A DNA stretch of 64,000 nt from Eledone cirrhosa (lineage: Eukaryota), in contig OZ024744.1 of NCBI GenBank assembly GCA_964016885.1, forward strand, positions 9,486,001 through 9,550,000, written 5' to 3'. The notes beneath the pieces are model-generated. The model was not told the origin of the DNA, made no database searches, and saw nothing but the letters and a program-made list of their open reading frames with translations. Of the stretch, positions 37,559 to 49,854 are shown in pieces (the stretch's first letter is position 1; every line of letters begins with the position of its first letter). The position numbers and the translations under genes are program-made.

Positions 37559-38921
37559 GCTCTGTTCTTAGCCCTCTTCTGTTCATCATAGTCCTGCAGG
37601 CAATAACAGAGGAGTTTAAGACCGGATGCCCATGGGAACTCCTGTATGCTGATGACTTCGCACTCATAGCTGAATCTATGGTAGAACTAGAGAATAAATT
37701 CCAAACTTGGAAGCAGGGACTAGAAAGAAAGGGTCTCAAAGTCAACATGACAAAGACTAAGGTCCTTGTAAGTAGACGAGAAAACAGAACCCAGATCCCC
37801 CCAGGGAAATGGCCTTGCTCAGTATGTAGGAAAGGTGTAGGTAGGAACTCCATTCTCTGCCCCAAATGCAAACAATGAGTACACAAGAGATGTAGCGGAA
37901 TCTCAGGAAGCTTAATTAAGAATGTAGGATTCACATGCAGCAGCTGTGCTGATGCAGCAAGCAGCAAACAGCCACAGGAAACAAGTACCACCAATCTCTG
38001 GGAGGGCCCTGTAGAAACAGTAGACAGCTTCTGCTACCTAGGTGACCGAATTAGCAACGGAGGTGGGTGTTCAGAAAGTACAATAACTAGGGTAAGAACG
38101 GGATGGAAGAAGTTTAGGTAACTACTACCACTGCTAGCTGCAAAAGGCTTCTCCCTCAGAATGAAAGACAGACTGTATGATGCGTGTATCCGAACAGCGA
38201 TGTTGCATGGTAGTGAGACCTGGGCGCTGAAGGTGGAAGACTTACGTAGATTAGAGAGAAACGAAGCCTGCATGCTCCGATGGATGTGTAACAGTAATAT
38301 ACGCGAACGACAAAGCATAAGTGAATTGAGAGAGAGACTGAGCATAAGAGGAATCAAATGCTGTGTGCAGGAGAGGCGGTTGCGCTGGTATGGACATGTG
38401 ATGCGTATGAAGGATGGCAGCTGCATAAAAAGGTGCAGAGCACTAGAAGTTGATGGAAACCGCGGAGTGGGGAGACCCAAGATGACCTGGGATGAGGTGA
38501 TAAAAGCCGACCTTACCCAACTACACCTCTCAAAGACAATGACACACGACCGTGACTTCTGGCGTCACGCAGTAATACAGAGTACCCGACCTCCCATGGG
38601 TACAAGCTGAAGCATATAGACAATATGCCCCCACACCCCCCACCTCAAGGTGGTCGTGGAGGTGCCACGGCAAAAAAGCACCCAGCTCACACTGTAAAGT
38701 GGACGTGTAGGCGCCACGAAAAAGCACCCAGCACTCACTGTAAATGAGGTTGGTGTTAGGAAGGGCATCCAGCTGTAGAAATCAAGCCAGATCAGTTCCT
38801 GTATGAGCAAGGCATGGTCAGCCGACCAGACACTGCCCACAACAGGACAGCCCGTCTAACCCATGCTAGCGTGGAAGAACGGACGTAAAACGGTGATGAT
38901 GATGATGATGATGATGATGAT
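37559..38921 (+). mobile_element. RTE 3' fragment nested in the minisatellite
   Basis: SVLSPLLF...LLYADD...RRLRWYGH; (GAT)n tail. Confidence 0.93.
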
Positions 38922-39820
38922 ACTATTGTATTTTCACAGTAAGGTCATTACCTAACATATCTCACATAACATTTACATTATTCTATATATACTATTGTAT
39001 TTTAACAGTAAAGGCTTTACCTCACATAATACCTCACATAACATTTACATTCTCTATATATACTATTGTATTTTAACAGTAAAGGCTTTACCTCACATAA
39101 TATCTCACATAACATTTACATTCTCTATATATACTATTGTATTTTAACAGTAAAGGCTTTACCTCACATAATACCTCACATAACATTTACATTACTCTAT
39201 ATATACTATTGTATTGTCACAGTAAAGGCTTTACCTCACATAATATCTCACATAACATTTACATTACTCTTTATATACTATTGTATTTTCACAGTAAAGG
39301 CTTTACCTCACATAATATCTCACATAACATTTACATTACTCTATATATACTATTGTATTTTAACAGTAAAGGCTTTACCTCACATAATATCTCACATAAC
39401 ATTTACATTACTCTATATATACTATTGTATTGTCACAGTAAAGGCTTTACCTCACATAATATCTCACATAACATTTACATTCTCTATATATACTATTGTA
39501 TTTTAACAGTAAAGGCTTTACCTCACATAATATCTCACATAACATTTACATTACTCTATATATACTATTGTATTTTAACAGTAAAGGCTTTACCTCACAT
39601 AGTACCTCACATAACATTTACATTACTCTATATATACTATTGTATTTTCACGGTAAAGACTTTACCTCACATAATATCTCACATAACATTTACATTACTC
39701 TATATATACTATTGTATTTTCACAGTAAAGACTTTACCTCACATAATATCTCACATAACATTTACATTACTCTATATATACTATTGTATTTTCACGGTAA
39801 AGGCTTTACCTCACATAATA
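38922..39820 (+). repeat. 72-bp minisatellite array
   Basis: Same unit as array A. Confidence 0.95.
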
Positions 39821-40377
39821 ATCCTGTGTATTTTAAAATCCCAGTATATCACTTATTACTGTTATAAGCTTTATTTAAAACCTTCTCCTCGCTTAATATT
39901 AATCTTGGCTGAAATTTTCCAGGATTCATAAAAGTGGCCTCCCTCGTCCCTCTAAATCTCTAACCCCCCCCCCCCCCCCTCTTTATCACATACGTGCCTG
40001 TTGGTCTCTCTCTCTCTCTCTCTCGATCACTCCCTACTCGCACCAAATATAAATAAACCTGTTACGAGGTACGAATTTCAGAATTTGTCAACTCTTATTA
40101 ATGGTCAGTCCACTTCTATGAAATGTAATGTAAAAATACCATTTTCTTCTTGTCTCGCCACCCTTCGGTTCATTCATCCATATATCTGTATCATCGCCCA
40201 GAATCCAATCCTGCTTTCTCAATGCTATTCTATAATTCTGTCTGGTTGTTCTGAATAATCCTGTGTATTTTAAAATCCCAGTATATCGCTTATTACTGTT
40301 ATATGCTTTATTTAAAACCTTCTCCTCGCTAACTACCCCATACCCCTTCCGTCCGCCCCACTCTCCACCATTATTTT

Positions 40378-42916
40378 TTGGAGCAATCACAAGTCAGCGG
40401 CCTATGCTATCACTTCTCCTGGTTGCTTTTCGATATGATGGATGGACTAAGGAATTCTGGAGAGTCTGAAGAATCTGGACACTCAGTGACAATGCCAAAG
40501 ATAACGACAAATTCACCTCATGCTGCTGGACGAAAAGGCAGGGACTCCTCCTCTTTGTTTCGGCCGCGAATGGCCAACATAACCCCAACCCCATCCCCCT
40601 CACCCCTCCCTGCGCCCCACCCACCAAACGCAATCCAAAACTTCAGAGTTGGTACCATGAATGTAGGCACCTTAAAAGGTCGCTCTAATGAGGTTGTAGA
40701 AATGCTTGAACGTAAGGAGGTTGATGTTTGTTGTATTCAAGAGACCAGGTGGAGGGGCGGGTCTGCTAGATTCATTGTAGGTAAAAAACGATGCTATAAG
40801 CTTTTCTGGGTGGGAAATGACAATGGGCTGGGTGGGGTAGGAATCATGGTAGCAGAAAAATGGGTGGATAAGATAATAGACGTAAATAGAGTGAACGACA
40901 GAATAATTAAAATAAGACTTGTCCTCAATAGAACTACTGTGACAATAATATCTGCATATGCACCACAATCCGGACTGCCTGGCACTATAAAAGACAGATT
41001 CTATGAGACACTGATGCTCACTACCTCCCAAATAACCGACAGTGACTATATAATTATTGCTGGCGACCTAAATGGTCACGTTGGACAACATTGTGATGGC
41101 TATGACGGAATCCATGGAGGCTATGGGTTTGGTACTAGAAATGAGGAAGGCTCCAGAATCCTGGAATTCTGTGACGCAAATAACCTAACTATCTGTAACA
41201 CTAACTTCAAAAAACGAGACAATCACTTGATCGCCTATAGATCAGGGGAACACACAAGCCAGGTAGATTATATCCTTACCAGAAGACGTGACAGAGTGTC
41301 TGTTGTAAACACTAAATCCCTCCCCCATGAAGAATGCACCTCTCAACATAGACTCATAATTAGCGACCTCATAGACGTACTCGACAACAGAAGACGACTA
41401 TCCTCAGGAGAAAAATATGGAAGCTAAAGGACCCCACAGCCAGTAATAAATTTAAAAGCATACTACTTGATGCTTTCGACAGTAAGGAAGAGCAATTAGA
41501 GTTGTACAATATAGAGGAACAGTGGGAATTCCTGAAAGCAAACCTGCTGAAGGCGACAGATGAAGTCTGTGGCTGGAGCAGACCTATAGGCAGGAGGAGA
41601 GTAATGTGGTGGTGGAACAGTAAGGTGGAGGAGTCAATTAAGGACAAAAAGCTGGCTTGGAAAGTATGGCGGGATGGGGGAAGTAGAGAAGACTATCAAG
41701 TGGCCAGGAGGGAAGCTAGGAGACAAGTGTACTTCGCAAGAAGGGAAGCAGAGGAAAGAAAGTTCAAGCATGTTCTACAACGCGATGACCAAAAACGTGA
41801 GGTGTTCAGGATTGCTAGGCAATGTGTCAAGGAAAACCGTGATATTGTCGGGGAGAAGTGTGTCCTTAATGATGATGGTGTACTTGTCATCACTGACGCT
41901 GATAAGAAGGTAGCTTGGAAGTGTCACTACGAAAGGCTACTAAATGAGGAGAATAAATGGGAGAAAGACAGTCTCCCCCACATCGATCCAATAGAGGGAC
42001 CAGCAGTGTTAGTCGAAGGTAGTATAATAAGTAAGGCAATCAAAGATACGAAGACGGGTAAGGCGGTTGGGCCTTCGGAAATAGTTGCTGAGATGCTGAA
42101 AGCTTCTGGAACGGTGGTACACACTATGGTCACCCGGATAGTAAACCAAGTTATACAGAATGGGGTTGTTCCGAAGGACTGGCGTAGCAGATCATCATTA
42201 GCTGCTACAAGGGTAAAGGAGATGCCCTAGATAGGGGTAACTATAGAGGCATTAAATTAATCGACCAGGTCATGAAGGTCACAGAAAAAGTAATAGCGCA
42301 ACTAATCAGAAAGTGGTGAATTGATCTAGATGAAATGCAGTTCGGGTTTGTGTCAGGTAAAAGTACAACAGACGCTCTTTTCATTGTACGACAACTACAG
42401 GAGAAGTACCTAACTAAAAGTAAACCCCTATACTTAGCTTTTGTCGACTTGGAGAAAGCCTTTGACAGAGTCCCCCGTTCCATTATCTGGTGGGCTCTTA
42501 GAAAACTAGGTGTTGATGAATGGCTTGTGAGAGCTATACAAGCCATGTATAAAGAAACAGTCAGTAAGGTTAGAATTAACAACGAATATAGTGAAGAGTT
42601 TAGTGTAAAAGTTGGTGTTCATCAGGGCTCTGTTCTTAGCCCCCTACTATTTATTATCGCCCTCCAGGCTATAACAGTGGAGTTCAAGACCGGCTGCCTA
42701 TGGGAACTCCTATACGCAGATGATCTAACGCTCATAGCTGAATCAATGGCTGAACTAGAGAAGAAATTCGAAACATGGAAGCATGGCCTAGAATCAAAAG
42801 GCCTTAAAATTAACCTGCCTAAGACTAAAGTTCTAGTTTGTAGGAAGGAAAATAGGGCACAGGTGCCCTCAGGGAAATGGCCATGCTCAGTGTGTAGGAA
42901 ATGAGTAGGCAGAAAC
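40378..42916 (+). mobile_element. 5' two-thirds of an RTE LINE (APE endonuclease plus RT); 3' end missing
   Basis: VGTMNVGTL...CCIQETRW, AGDLNGHVG, SQHRL; RT QGSVLSP, YADD; a few frameshifts and stops. Confidence 0.95.
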
Positions 42917-42920
42917 GGCA

Positions 42921-45900
42921 GACGGAATCCTCTCAGTAGGAGAAGTCACCACAGACGTTTTCGGCGGTTTGAGCGTGGAGGTTCTGGTGCAAATGAGACC
43001 AGAACGAATAGCGAGAATACCACAGAGGGTGTCGCTCGATGGAGAAACATTTATATACATTTCAGCCGAGGGTAGGAGGCCCATATGTTACTACTGTTCA
43101 AGCAGGGGTCATCTAAGGGCTGCCTGTGCTCAATTGACAAAAAAAAAAGGCTCTTTTGCCTACACCCCACACACCACCACCACCACCACCACAACAACAA
43201 CAACAAAAACAACACGGAAAAATAACACAAGACACGGTTCCACCCAAAACAACTCCAAAAGCACACAAACACAACAAAACCCCAAAATACACCACTACCC
43301 GACAGCACGGACGAGGACCCAGCTGAAACGGCACCTAGTGACGAAGAGGGGGAACCCTTCCAACCTGTAAAAAGAAAAAAAAGAAAACACCGCACGAACA
43401 TAAACGAAACAAACACACAACCACCAACAAAAACAAAACAAACAGAACAAACAAAATCCACCCCACCCCAAAACATAACACATACAACAAAACGCAAGCA
43501 CACACAAGAACAACAAACGAACACAACACAAATAAAACAGTATACATACATTAACACAAATAACAAAGAACTAGTAAAAACAATACACAAAAACCTTTCG
43601 GTGGAAACTGAAGGGCAATTCTTTGCAAGCGCGGCCAACAAACCGCATTTAAAAATGATAAGAATCCCAATGGACACCTATGCAAAACTAAGAGAGAACT
43701 TTCCTGAGGACGTGGGGAAAACATGTACTCAACCCTATAACCGCGTCCTCTTCAAACGTTTCCCCACCCACACCTCACCAAACACCCCCACCCCACCACA
43801 GAACAACACCCCACCAAACAACCCCTCCAATACGCCGATGGATATTGTGCAACCTGCTCCTCAGGAGCCGAACAGGTAGGTCCTTCCTCTTTTAACCAAC
43901 ATGGCTGATATAAGAGTTGGGTGTCTGAATGTACGTGGCCTGGGACTGTCTTGGAAACAAGGCAAACTTTTAAACAATCTCAGGTCGCATAGAATGGATG
44001 TAATGGCTATTTGCGAGTCCAGGATCAGCAGCAAGTGCCAACTGGCGCCCCTCTTCGACGACTTTGAGATCGTCGCATCTCTCTGTCAACCGGGGGGTGG
44101 GGGTGGAGTTGTCGTTCTGCTGCGAAAACACCTGGGCCTCGCCATACAGAAGGTGCACCTGGACCCGGAGGGTCGACTGGTGGTTTTAGACGTCGGCAGT
44201 AGTGAAAGTGGAGCCCTTAGACTAATTGCTGTGCCCCTTTTTGGGCAGCGCGGCCGGAATACTTCCAACGTCTGGAAACTTTTCTGGGAACGTCCCGCTC
44301 CTTGCTTTTAGTGGGGGACTGGAATGGTATCCTGGATGCACGTTGGGACTATGTAGGGGCATGCGCCAATAGAGGGGGTGTAAAAGCCTCAAAAGGTTAA
44401 TCGGCCGATTTGACCTGGCCGATAGATATCGACTAGATTTTCCGACTGTACCACTATGGACGTGGACCAATCGCAGCGGAACATCCAGGTCTTACCTAGA
44501 TAGGGTACTAGTTAGAGAGAAGGCTAGGGACACATTTAGCTGTCCAAAATTGTTCATGGTTGACTATTCAGATCACAAGTTAGTGACCTGCATAGCCAAC
44601 CCTGATCGAACCCATAGCCAGGGACCCGGTTACTGGAAGCTGAACTTGTCCTTACCGACAAGCAAAGCTTACAGTAAACGGATTAGCACGTTAGTTAAGC
44701 AGAGTTTGACGGGCAATTGTCAACAACAGGTGGTGGAGCTCTCTTAAGAGAGCAATTAGAATAGAATCGATAGGTTTTAGTCAGGAATTAGCAAGGGATA
44801 GGAACAAGACGGAAAGGGAATTAGTAGATAGAGTAGAAGAGGCGATTAGGAGTGGCAATGTAGCCGGCGTGCTGGCATCAAGAATGGCCTTAGACCAGTT
44901 CTTTGAGGTGAAGCATGAAGGCTGCGTTGTCAGGAGTAAAATACGTGCTCTGGGTAATGAGGGAGCCAAAGCTGTTAGTTGGTCCCGAGTGACAGGCAAA
45001 AAGTGGGAACAAGTCCACGATTCGGTCTTTGAAGGACCAGGATGGGCGTGTGATCCTTGAACCTGGGCAGATGTGTGCGGCCTTTCAGCGGCACGTTGCA
45101 CGACTGTTCGGGAGGGGCGGCGCTCCGGGTGAGACTATGGATTTCAATCCATACCTCGACGGTCTGCCGCGCCTCTCGGACGCGGAGGCGAAGTCCTGCG
45201 AAAGGCCGATTTCAGCTGCTGAGATAGGGGCGGCGCTGAGCCAATGCGGCAAACGCAAATCCCCGGGTCTCGATTGTCTACCATACGAGCTATATGTAGA
45301 GATGCCGGACTTGTTCTCCGATATCCTCGAAGCGGTCTACTGCAACTGGCAGCAGAACGGGAGAATTCCCAGTTCTGTGACCAAGGGCGTAGTTACGCTG
45401 GTGAGGAAGGATGAGAACAAGGGGGATGACATAAGTAACTTCAGGCCCATAACTCTGCTAAATACAGAGTTAAAGATTTTGGCCAAGGTGTTAGCGAAGA
45501 GGTTGGCGCTTGTCGTCGGAAACCTGGTGGGAGAAGTGCAGACATGCACAATCCCATCCAGGTCCATTCACGACAATCTCCACCTTATGCGATACATCAT
45601 AGAGAGGGTAGGGAATGAACCCGGCTTTGGTGGGGTCCTGATCAACTTGGATCAATCTAAAGCTTTCGATAGGGTTGACCATCGTTACCTGGATGCCGTG
45701 CTCGCGGCGGCAGGCTTCGGACCCGTTTTCAGGGGTTGGATTGCTGCGATGCACAGCAGCAACGTCGGGTCAAGGTGAACGGCCACCTCTCGGAGCCGTT
45801 CCAAATCATGCGATCCATCCGATAGGGATGCCCTCTCTCCTCCCTTCTGTATGTGCTGGCTCTTGAGCCACTACTGCGGAAGTTGGAGCGGTTGCAGGGC

Positions 45901-47553
45901 ATCTTTGGAACCGGGATTGCAGAAAGCGGCGTCGGCCTACGCCGATGACGTGACAGTAATGGTGTCGAAAACCTCGCAAATCGGTGAGATCGGTACCTTA
46001 CTGGAGGAATATGAAAGGTTTACAGGAGCCAAGCTGAACCGGGACAAGTCCGTCGGTTTGCAACTCGGAACATGGAGAGGCAAACCGATGCCCTCCAATG
46101 ACGTCATCGGACGCTGGACGGAGGGCCCGGTGAAGCTGCTTGGGGTCTGGTTCGGACCAGACCTCCAGGTGGAGAAAAACTGGAACGAGGTACCGCCCAG
46201 GGTGTTTGCACTCACCCAGAAGTGGGCCCAGTGCAAACTATCCCTGAAAGGTCGAGCGGAGGTGGCGAATACTTATATAGCATCCGTCATCTACTACCGC
46301 TTGACCGTCATGCCTTGCCCAGTGAAAAGACTCGCCAAAATGGAGTGCGCGCTGTTCCAATTTCTTTGGAACAAGCGGACCCCTTTGGTGAGGAGATCCA
46401 TCTGCTGTCAACACCCTTCGAAAGGAGGGCTGGGGATGCCGTGGCTACAGATGCGTAAACACGCATTAAGGCTACGGCACCTCCAGGTATTCCTCACCGG
46501 TCAACCGGTGTGGGCCCCGTTTGTGAGGCGAGCCTTTCCCAGACTCGTCTCGCTCACCGAGCTGCAATCCTGGGTCAAGCAAAGACCGAGAAAAGTGGGC
46601 GACTGGCACATTGAATGTGCCCAGGCGCTCACGGCCCTCTGGAAAGCGGACCCGGCAATCAGTGGAGACTCCACCTCGACATTCTATAGAGGGTTGGTAC
46701 GCAGCAGGTGCGACGATGCTCTCGGGGAAGCTCTAGGCATGGAGGAAGATGAACTGGCCAGTCTGTTCGGTAGGACGTTTGGCCCTGGACCGATGGACAA
46801 CTTCCAAAAGTCCCTGGCTTGGCAGTGCTACCGAGGGGCTCTACCCGTTCGAGACAAGCTCCACAGGCATGGGAGCCTGGGTAGAGATCCTTTGAATAAG
46901 ATCTGTCCGAGATGCGTGCATGACGACGAAACCGTTGCGCATGCATTCGTACACTGCCCAGGCATTGCTGACCTGTGGGGCTATGTGGAACGACTACTGT
47001 CGAGGGTGGGACCAATCCGGTTGACCACCGAGTCCATTGTAACGATCAAACCGCCTCCCCCTTTCAAAAACGAAGGAGAGGCGGTTTTTCTCTGTGTGAT
47101 AGCCATGGCTAAAGAAGTTGTATGGTGGACGAGGCTGAAAGGGCTGAGGTCAGACACCTTTCTCTCCGGCCAACAACTGATCGCCTTTTTCAAATAGCAT
47201 TTTAAAAGAAGGATCAGAATGGAGAGAGGTGTTCTACCCCAGCAAGTTTTATGAAAGGTGGGTGAAAGTAGGGAGAATGCCAGAGTGAATGGGTCTTCTC
47301 TCTATATCAGCCTGTAGGTGAAAGAAGAGGAAAAAGAGGAGACGAGGGAAGCACCTACTCTTTGTGCTCCTGAGGAGAAGGGTTACACATTTTTTCGGGG
47401 TGTGTGCGACCCATGTTAATGCTCCCTCCCTATTGAGGACTTCGTTTGTTGTTGTTATTTCATTGTTATATTTTTGTACTCGTTAATTATATGTAAACTT
47501 CCCCCCTTGTATCTGTCCCTACCTTTTGTGCCCTAGTGGCAAATAAAGAAATC
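42921..47553 (+). mobile_element. 5'-truncated Tx1/L1-clade LINE, second copy
   Basis: Near-identical to the reverse complement of 21757-26386; intact YADD; ends AATAAAGAAATC. Confidence 0.95.
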
Positions 47554-49337
47554 ACTTTATATATACTATTGTATTTTCACAGTAATGTCTTTACCTCACA
47601 TAATATCTCACATAACATTTACATTACTCTATATATACTATTGTATTTTCACAGTAAAGGTTTTACCTCACATAATATCTCACATAACATTTACATTACT
47701 CTATATATACTATTGTATTTTCACAGTAAAGGCTTTACCTCACATAATATCTCACATAACATTTACATTACTCTATATATACTATTGTATTTTCACAGTA
47801 AAGGTTTTACCTCACATAATATCTCACATAATATTTACATTACTCTATATATACTATTGTATTTTCACAGTAAAGGCTTTACCTCACATAATATCTCACA
47901 TAACATTTACATTACTCTATATATACTATTGTATTTTCACAGTAAAGGTTTTACCTCACATAATATCTCACATAACATTTACATTACTCTATATATACTA
48001 TTGTATTTTCACAGTAAAGGCTTTACCTCACATAATATCTCACATAACATTTACATTACTCTATATATACTATTGTATTTTCACAGTAAAGGTTTTACCT
48101 CACATATCTCACATAACATTTACATTACTCTATATATACTATTGTATTTTCACAGTAAAGGTTTTACCTCACATAATATCTCGTATAACATTTACATTAC
48201 TCTTTATATACTATTGTATTTTCACAGTAAAGGCTTTACCTCACATAACATATACATTACTCTATATATACTATTGTATTTTCACAGTAAAGGTTTTACC
48301 TCACATATCTCACATAACATTTACATTACTCTATATATACTATTGTATTTTCACAGTAAAGGCTTTACCTCACAATATCTCACATAACATTTACATTACT
48401 CTATATATACTATTGTATTTTCACAGTAAAGGCTTTACCTCACAATATCTCACATAACATTTACATTACTCTATATATACTATTGTATTTTCACAGTAAA
48501 GGCTTTACCTCATATAATATTTACATTACTCTATATATACTATTGTATTGTCACAGTAAAGTCTTTACCTCACATAATATCTCACATAACATTTACATTA
48601 CTCTATATATACTATTGTATTTTCACAGTAAAGGCTTTACCTCACATAATATCTCGCATAACATTTACATTACTCTATATAAACTATTGTATTGTCACAG
48701 TAAAGGCTTTACCTCACATAACATTTACATTACTCTATATATACTATTGTATTTTCACAGTAAAGGCTTTACCTCACATAATATCTCACATAACATTTAC
48801 ATTACTCTATATATACTATTGTATTGTCACAGTAAAGTCTTTACCTCACATAATACCTCACATAACATTTACATTACTCTAAATATACTATTGTATTGTC
48901 ACAGTAAAGTCTTTACCTCACATAATACCTCACATAACATTTACATTACTCTATATATACTATTGTATTTTCACAGTAAAGGCTTTACCTCACATAACAT
49001 TTACATTACTCTATATATACTATCGTATTTTCACAGTAAAGGCTTTACCTCACATAACATTTACATTACTCTATATATACTATTGTATTGTCACAGTAAA
49101 GTCTTTATATCACATAATACCTCACATAACATTTACATTACTCTATATAAACTATTGTATTTTCACAGTTAAGGCTTAACCTCACAGAACATTTACATTA
49201 CTCTATATATACTATTGTATTTTCACAGTTAAGGCTTTACCTCACATAATATCTCACATAACATTTACATTACTCTATATATACTATTGTATTTTCACAG
49301 TTAAGGCTTTACCTCACATAATATCTCACATAATATC
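47554..49337 (+). repeat. 72-bp minisatellite array (~25 units)
   Basis: Same unit as array A. Confidence 0.97.
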
Positions 49338-49475
49338 GAATCTATGAGTATTTATTTTGAGAACAATACTATAACATCAGTATAAGCGACCAGTTACAGC
49401 CAGTTTCGCCAGAAAGAGGTAGAGAATTCTGACCGGTTTGAACATTAAAAGGTTAATGTTTTCTTTATTTGACAG

Positions 49476-49601
49476 TTTGATGAGATCAGTACGGAACTGG
49501 AAGAACAACGAGAGTTTGCTACCACTCGACTTAGTGAATTGGAGAAACTCAGCAAGGACCACCACGAGGCACTGAAGGAAATTGAACAACTTAGGATGGA
49601 T
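49476..49601 (+). CDS. BRE1: BRE1 coding exon 7 (complete copy)
   Basis: FDEISTELEEQREFATTRLSELEKLSKDHHEALKEIEQLRMD resembles the RNF20/40 'LEEnkELA..RL.ELEKL' region; GACAG acceptor, GTAAGT donor; 126 nt. Confidence 0.93.
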
Positions 49602-49854
49602 GTAAGTATAATTGTTTCTATGTTTGGTACAAGGCCAGCAATAACCCAGTACATTACTGGTACTTTATTTTGGAAGTATTAATAATGGTGGAGGTAGTCA
49701 TCATGACCATCAGGCAGCCTCAGTCGACTCGGCAATTGATCCCTTTGTGGGCCTGTCATTCATTGCTGTTGCCAAAATCCTGGATTTCAATCCCAGAATC
49801 TCTGGAGATGACATCGGAGTAGGAGACCTTGCGCCCCCTGTTATTAGTAACACT

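Larger units (their letters stand above)
35873..49452. mobile_element. piggyBac-type non-autonomous composite element: 72-bp minisatellite interior with nested LINEs
   Basis: TTAA|CCATTTAGCATTTA ... TTTGAACATTAAAAGG|TTAA; both ends resemble the two ends of the local piggyBac family; the minisatellite keeps one orientation throughout. Confidence 0.7.
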
